From the NCBI GenBank assembly GCA_963710375.1, contig CAVPZX010000002.1, positions 576,001 through 640,000 of the forward strand: DNA of 64,000 nucleotides. Direction: 5' to 3'. This DNA is from Nitrospirota bacterium. Lineage in GTDB: Bacteria; Nitrospirota; Thermodesulfovibrionia; Thermodesulfovibrionales; Dissulfurispiraceae. Under the pieces are notes generated by a model that was not told the origin of the DNA, did not search any database, and saw only the letters and a list, made by a program, of their open reading frames with translations. The translations under genes were made by a program, and so were the position numbers. Below are positions 63,262 through 64,000 of this stretch, piece after piece (the stretch's first letter is position 1; every line of letters starts with the position of its first letter).

Positions 63262-63450
63262 AAGCACATGACTTCGCTCCCCTAATTCTTCGCCCTCGCC
63301 TTGCGGAAAAGGCCGAGCTTCGGCAAGCCCAAGCTGCTTTCGCGGCAAGCCTCGGCGCTGGGTCGTGGAGCGGACCAACTCCTGGCAAAAACGATTTCGT
63401 TGATTGCTGATCCGTTGGAAAGAGTATTGGCAGGCACTGCCTTAGGCCTC
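63262..63450 (+). pseudogene. IS5-family transposase C-terminal remnant
   Basis: From 63341 the frame reads RGKPRRWVVERTNSWQKRFR*LLIRW (the RWxVER signature), with an internal TGA at 63401. Confidence 0.75.
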
Positions 63451-63597
63451 TTGCGCACCGATCGTCTGGGGAAGCACGTTCACCATCGAGCCGTGCGGGA
63501 TGTCGCGCTGCGCCTGCATCGCGGTGGCGTCGGTTGCTATCGCAGTTCTGACTTCGTGCACGTGACGCGGGATGCGTATGCTGCTGGTAGGGAACCC

Positions 63598-64000
63598 TCA
63601 CCAGGGATACGGGTAGCCCTTAGCAAGACCCTTCTCCAGGGCGTAGTCGTGCCCGTAAATGTCGTCGTAGAAGTGAATGACGCCGTCTTCCGGCACGACC
63701 ACGGTGGCATAGACGATAAAGACCGGAATCGGTTGCGCGAGATTCACCTGCTGAGTCGCGGTGCCGTTCATGGCCTCGCGAATACGGTCCGGGGTCCAGT
63801 CGGGATTGTCGCGCAAGACCCACGCCGCCAGATCGGCGGGCTTTTCCAGCCGGATACAGCCGTGGCTGAAATCACGCCGGGACTTAGCGAAGAATTCTGT
63901 GGCCGGAGTATCGTGCATGTAAACGTTGTAGCTGTTGGGAAAAACAAATTTCACCAGTCCAAGCGCGTTCTTTGGACCCGGCTTTTGTCGGATGAAAAGC
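63598..64000 (-). CDS. L,D-transpeptidase (YcbB/LdtD-like), 5' end outside the window
   Basis: RQKPGPKNALGLVKFVFPN, YMHDTP, FSHGCIRL and FYDDIYG motifs; open to the window edge. Confidence 0.9.
   Translation of the reverse strand, partial: LFIRQKPGPKNALGLVKFVFPNSYNVYMHDTPATEFFAKSRRDFSHGCIRLEKPADLAAWVLRDNPDWTPDRIREAMNGTATQQVNLAQPIPVFIVYATVVVPEDGVIHFYDDIYGHDYALEKGLAKGYPYPW

Noticed and set aside
63260..63601. 113-aa minus-strand ORF as a real gene
   Set aside because: It is largely the antisense of the IS5 transposase remnant.

Overview
Bacterial chromosomal window from an anaerobe-like organism. Gene content and style suggest Nitrospirota or Desulfobacterota, but this is inference only. Contents in order: a membrane-bound group 1 [NiFe]-hydrogenase operon (small, large, cytochrome b); an aconitase / citrate synthase / succinate-semialdehyde dehydrogenase / ThDP-enzyme operon; zur-znuACB; an S10 peptidase; sigma54 activators; two-component and c-di-GMP genes; housekeeping genes (greB, argDF, serA, purA, comF, tag, acuC, nfi, pckA, hisAF, rfaE1); an AT-rich accessory stretch with an IS481-like element; and decayed IS5 and HicB remnants. 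The most notable observations are: (1) a formate/nitrite (FNT) channel fused to a C-terminal PilZ domain with intact c-di-GMP motifs, directly downstream of an HD-GYP gene; (2) a rhodanese selenoprotein (C-A-U) split by the ORF caller, with a SECIS-like hairpin; (3) an operon resembling the 2-oxoglutarate decarboxylase/SSADH TCA bypass, whose citrate synthase has Asn in place of the catalytic Asp; (4) a sigma54-controlled secreted protein made of 126-bp repeats; (5) unusual Fe-S ligands in the hydrogenase small subunit; (6) several families of palindromic intergenic elements. Five single-base indels in otherwise intact genes suggest assembly error, so every single-nucleotide claim needs read-level confirmation. 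I saw no rRNA, tRNA or CRISPR array.
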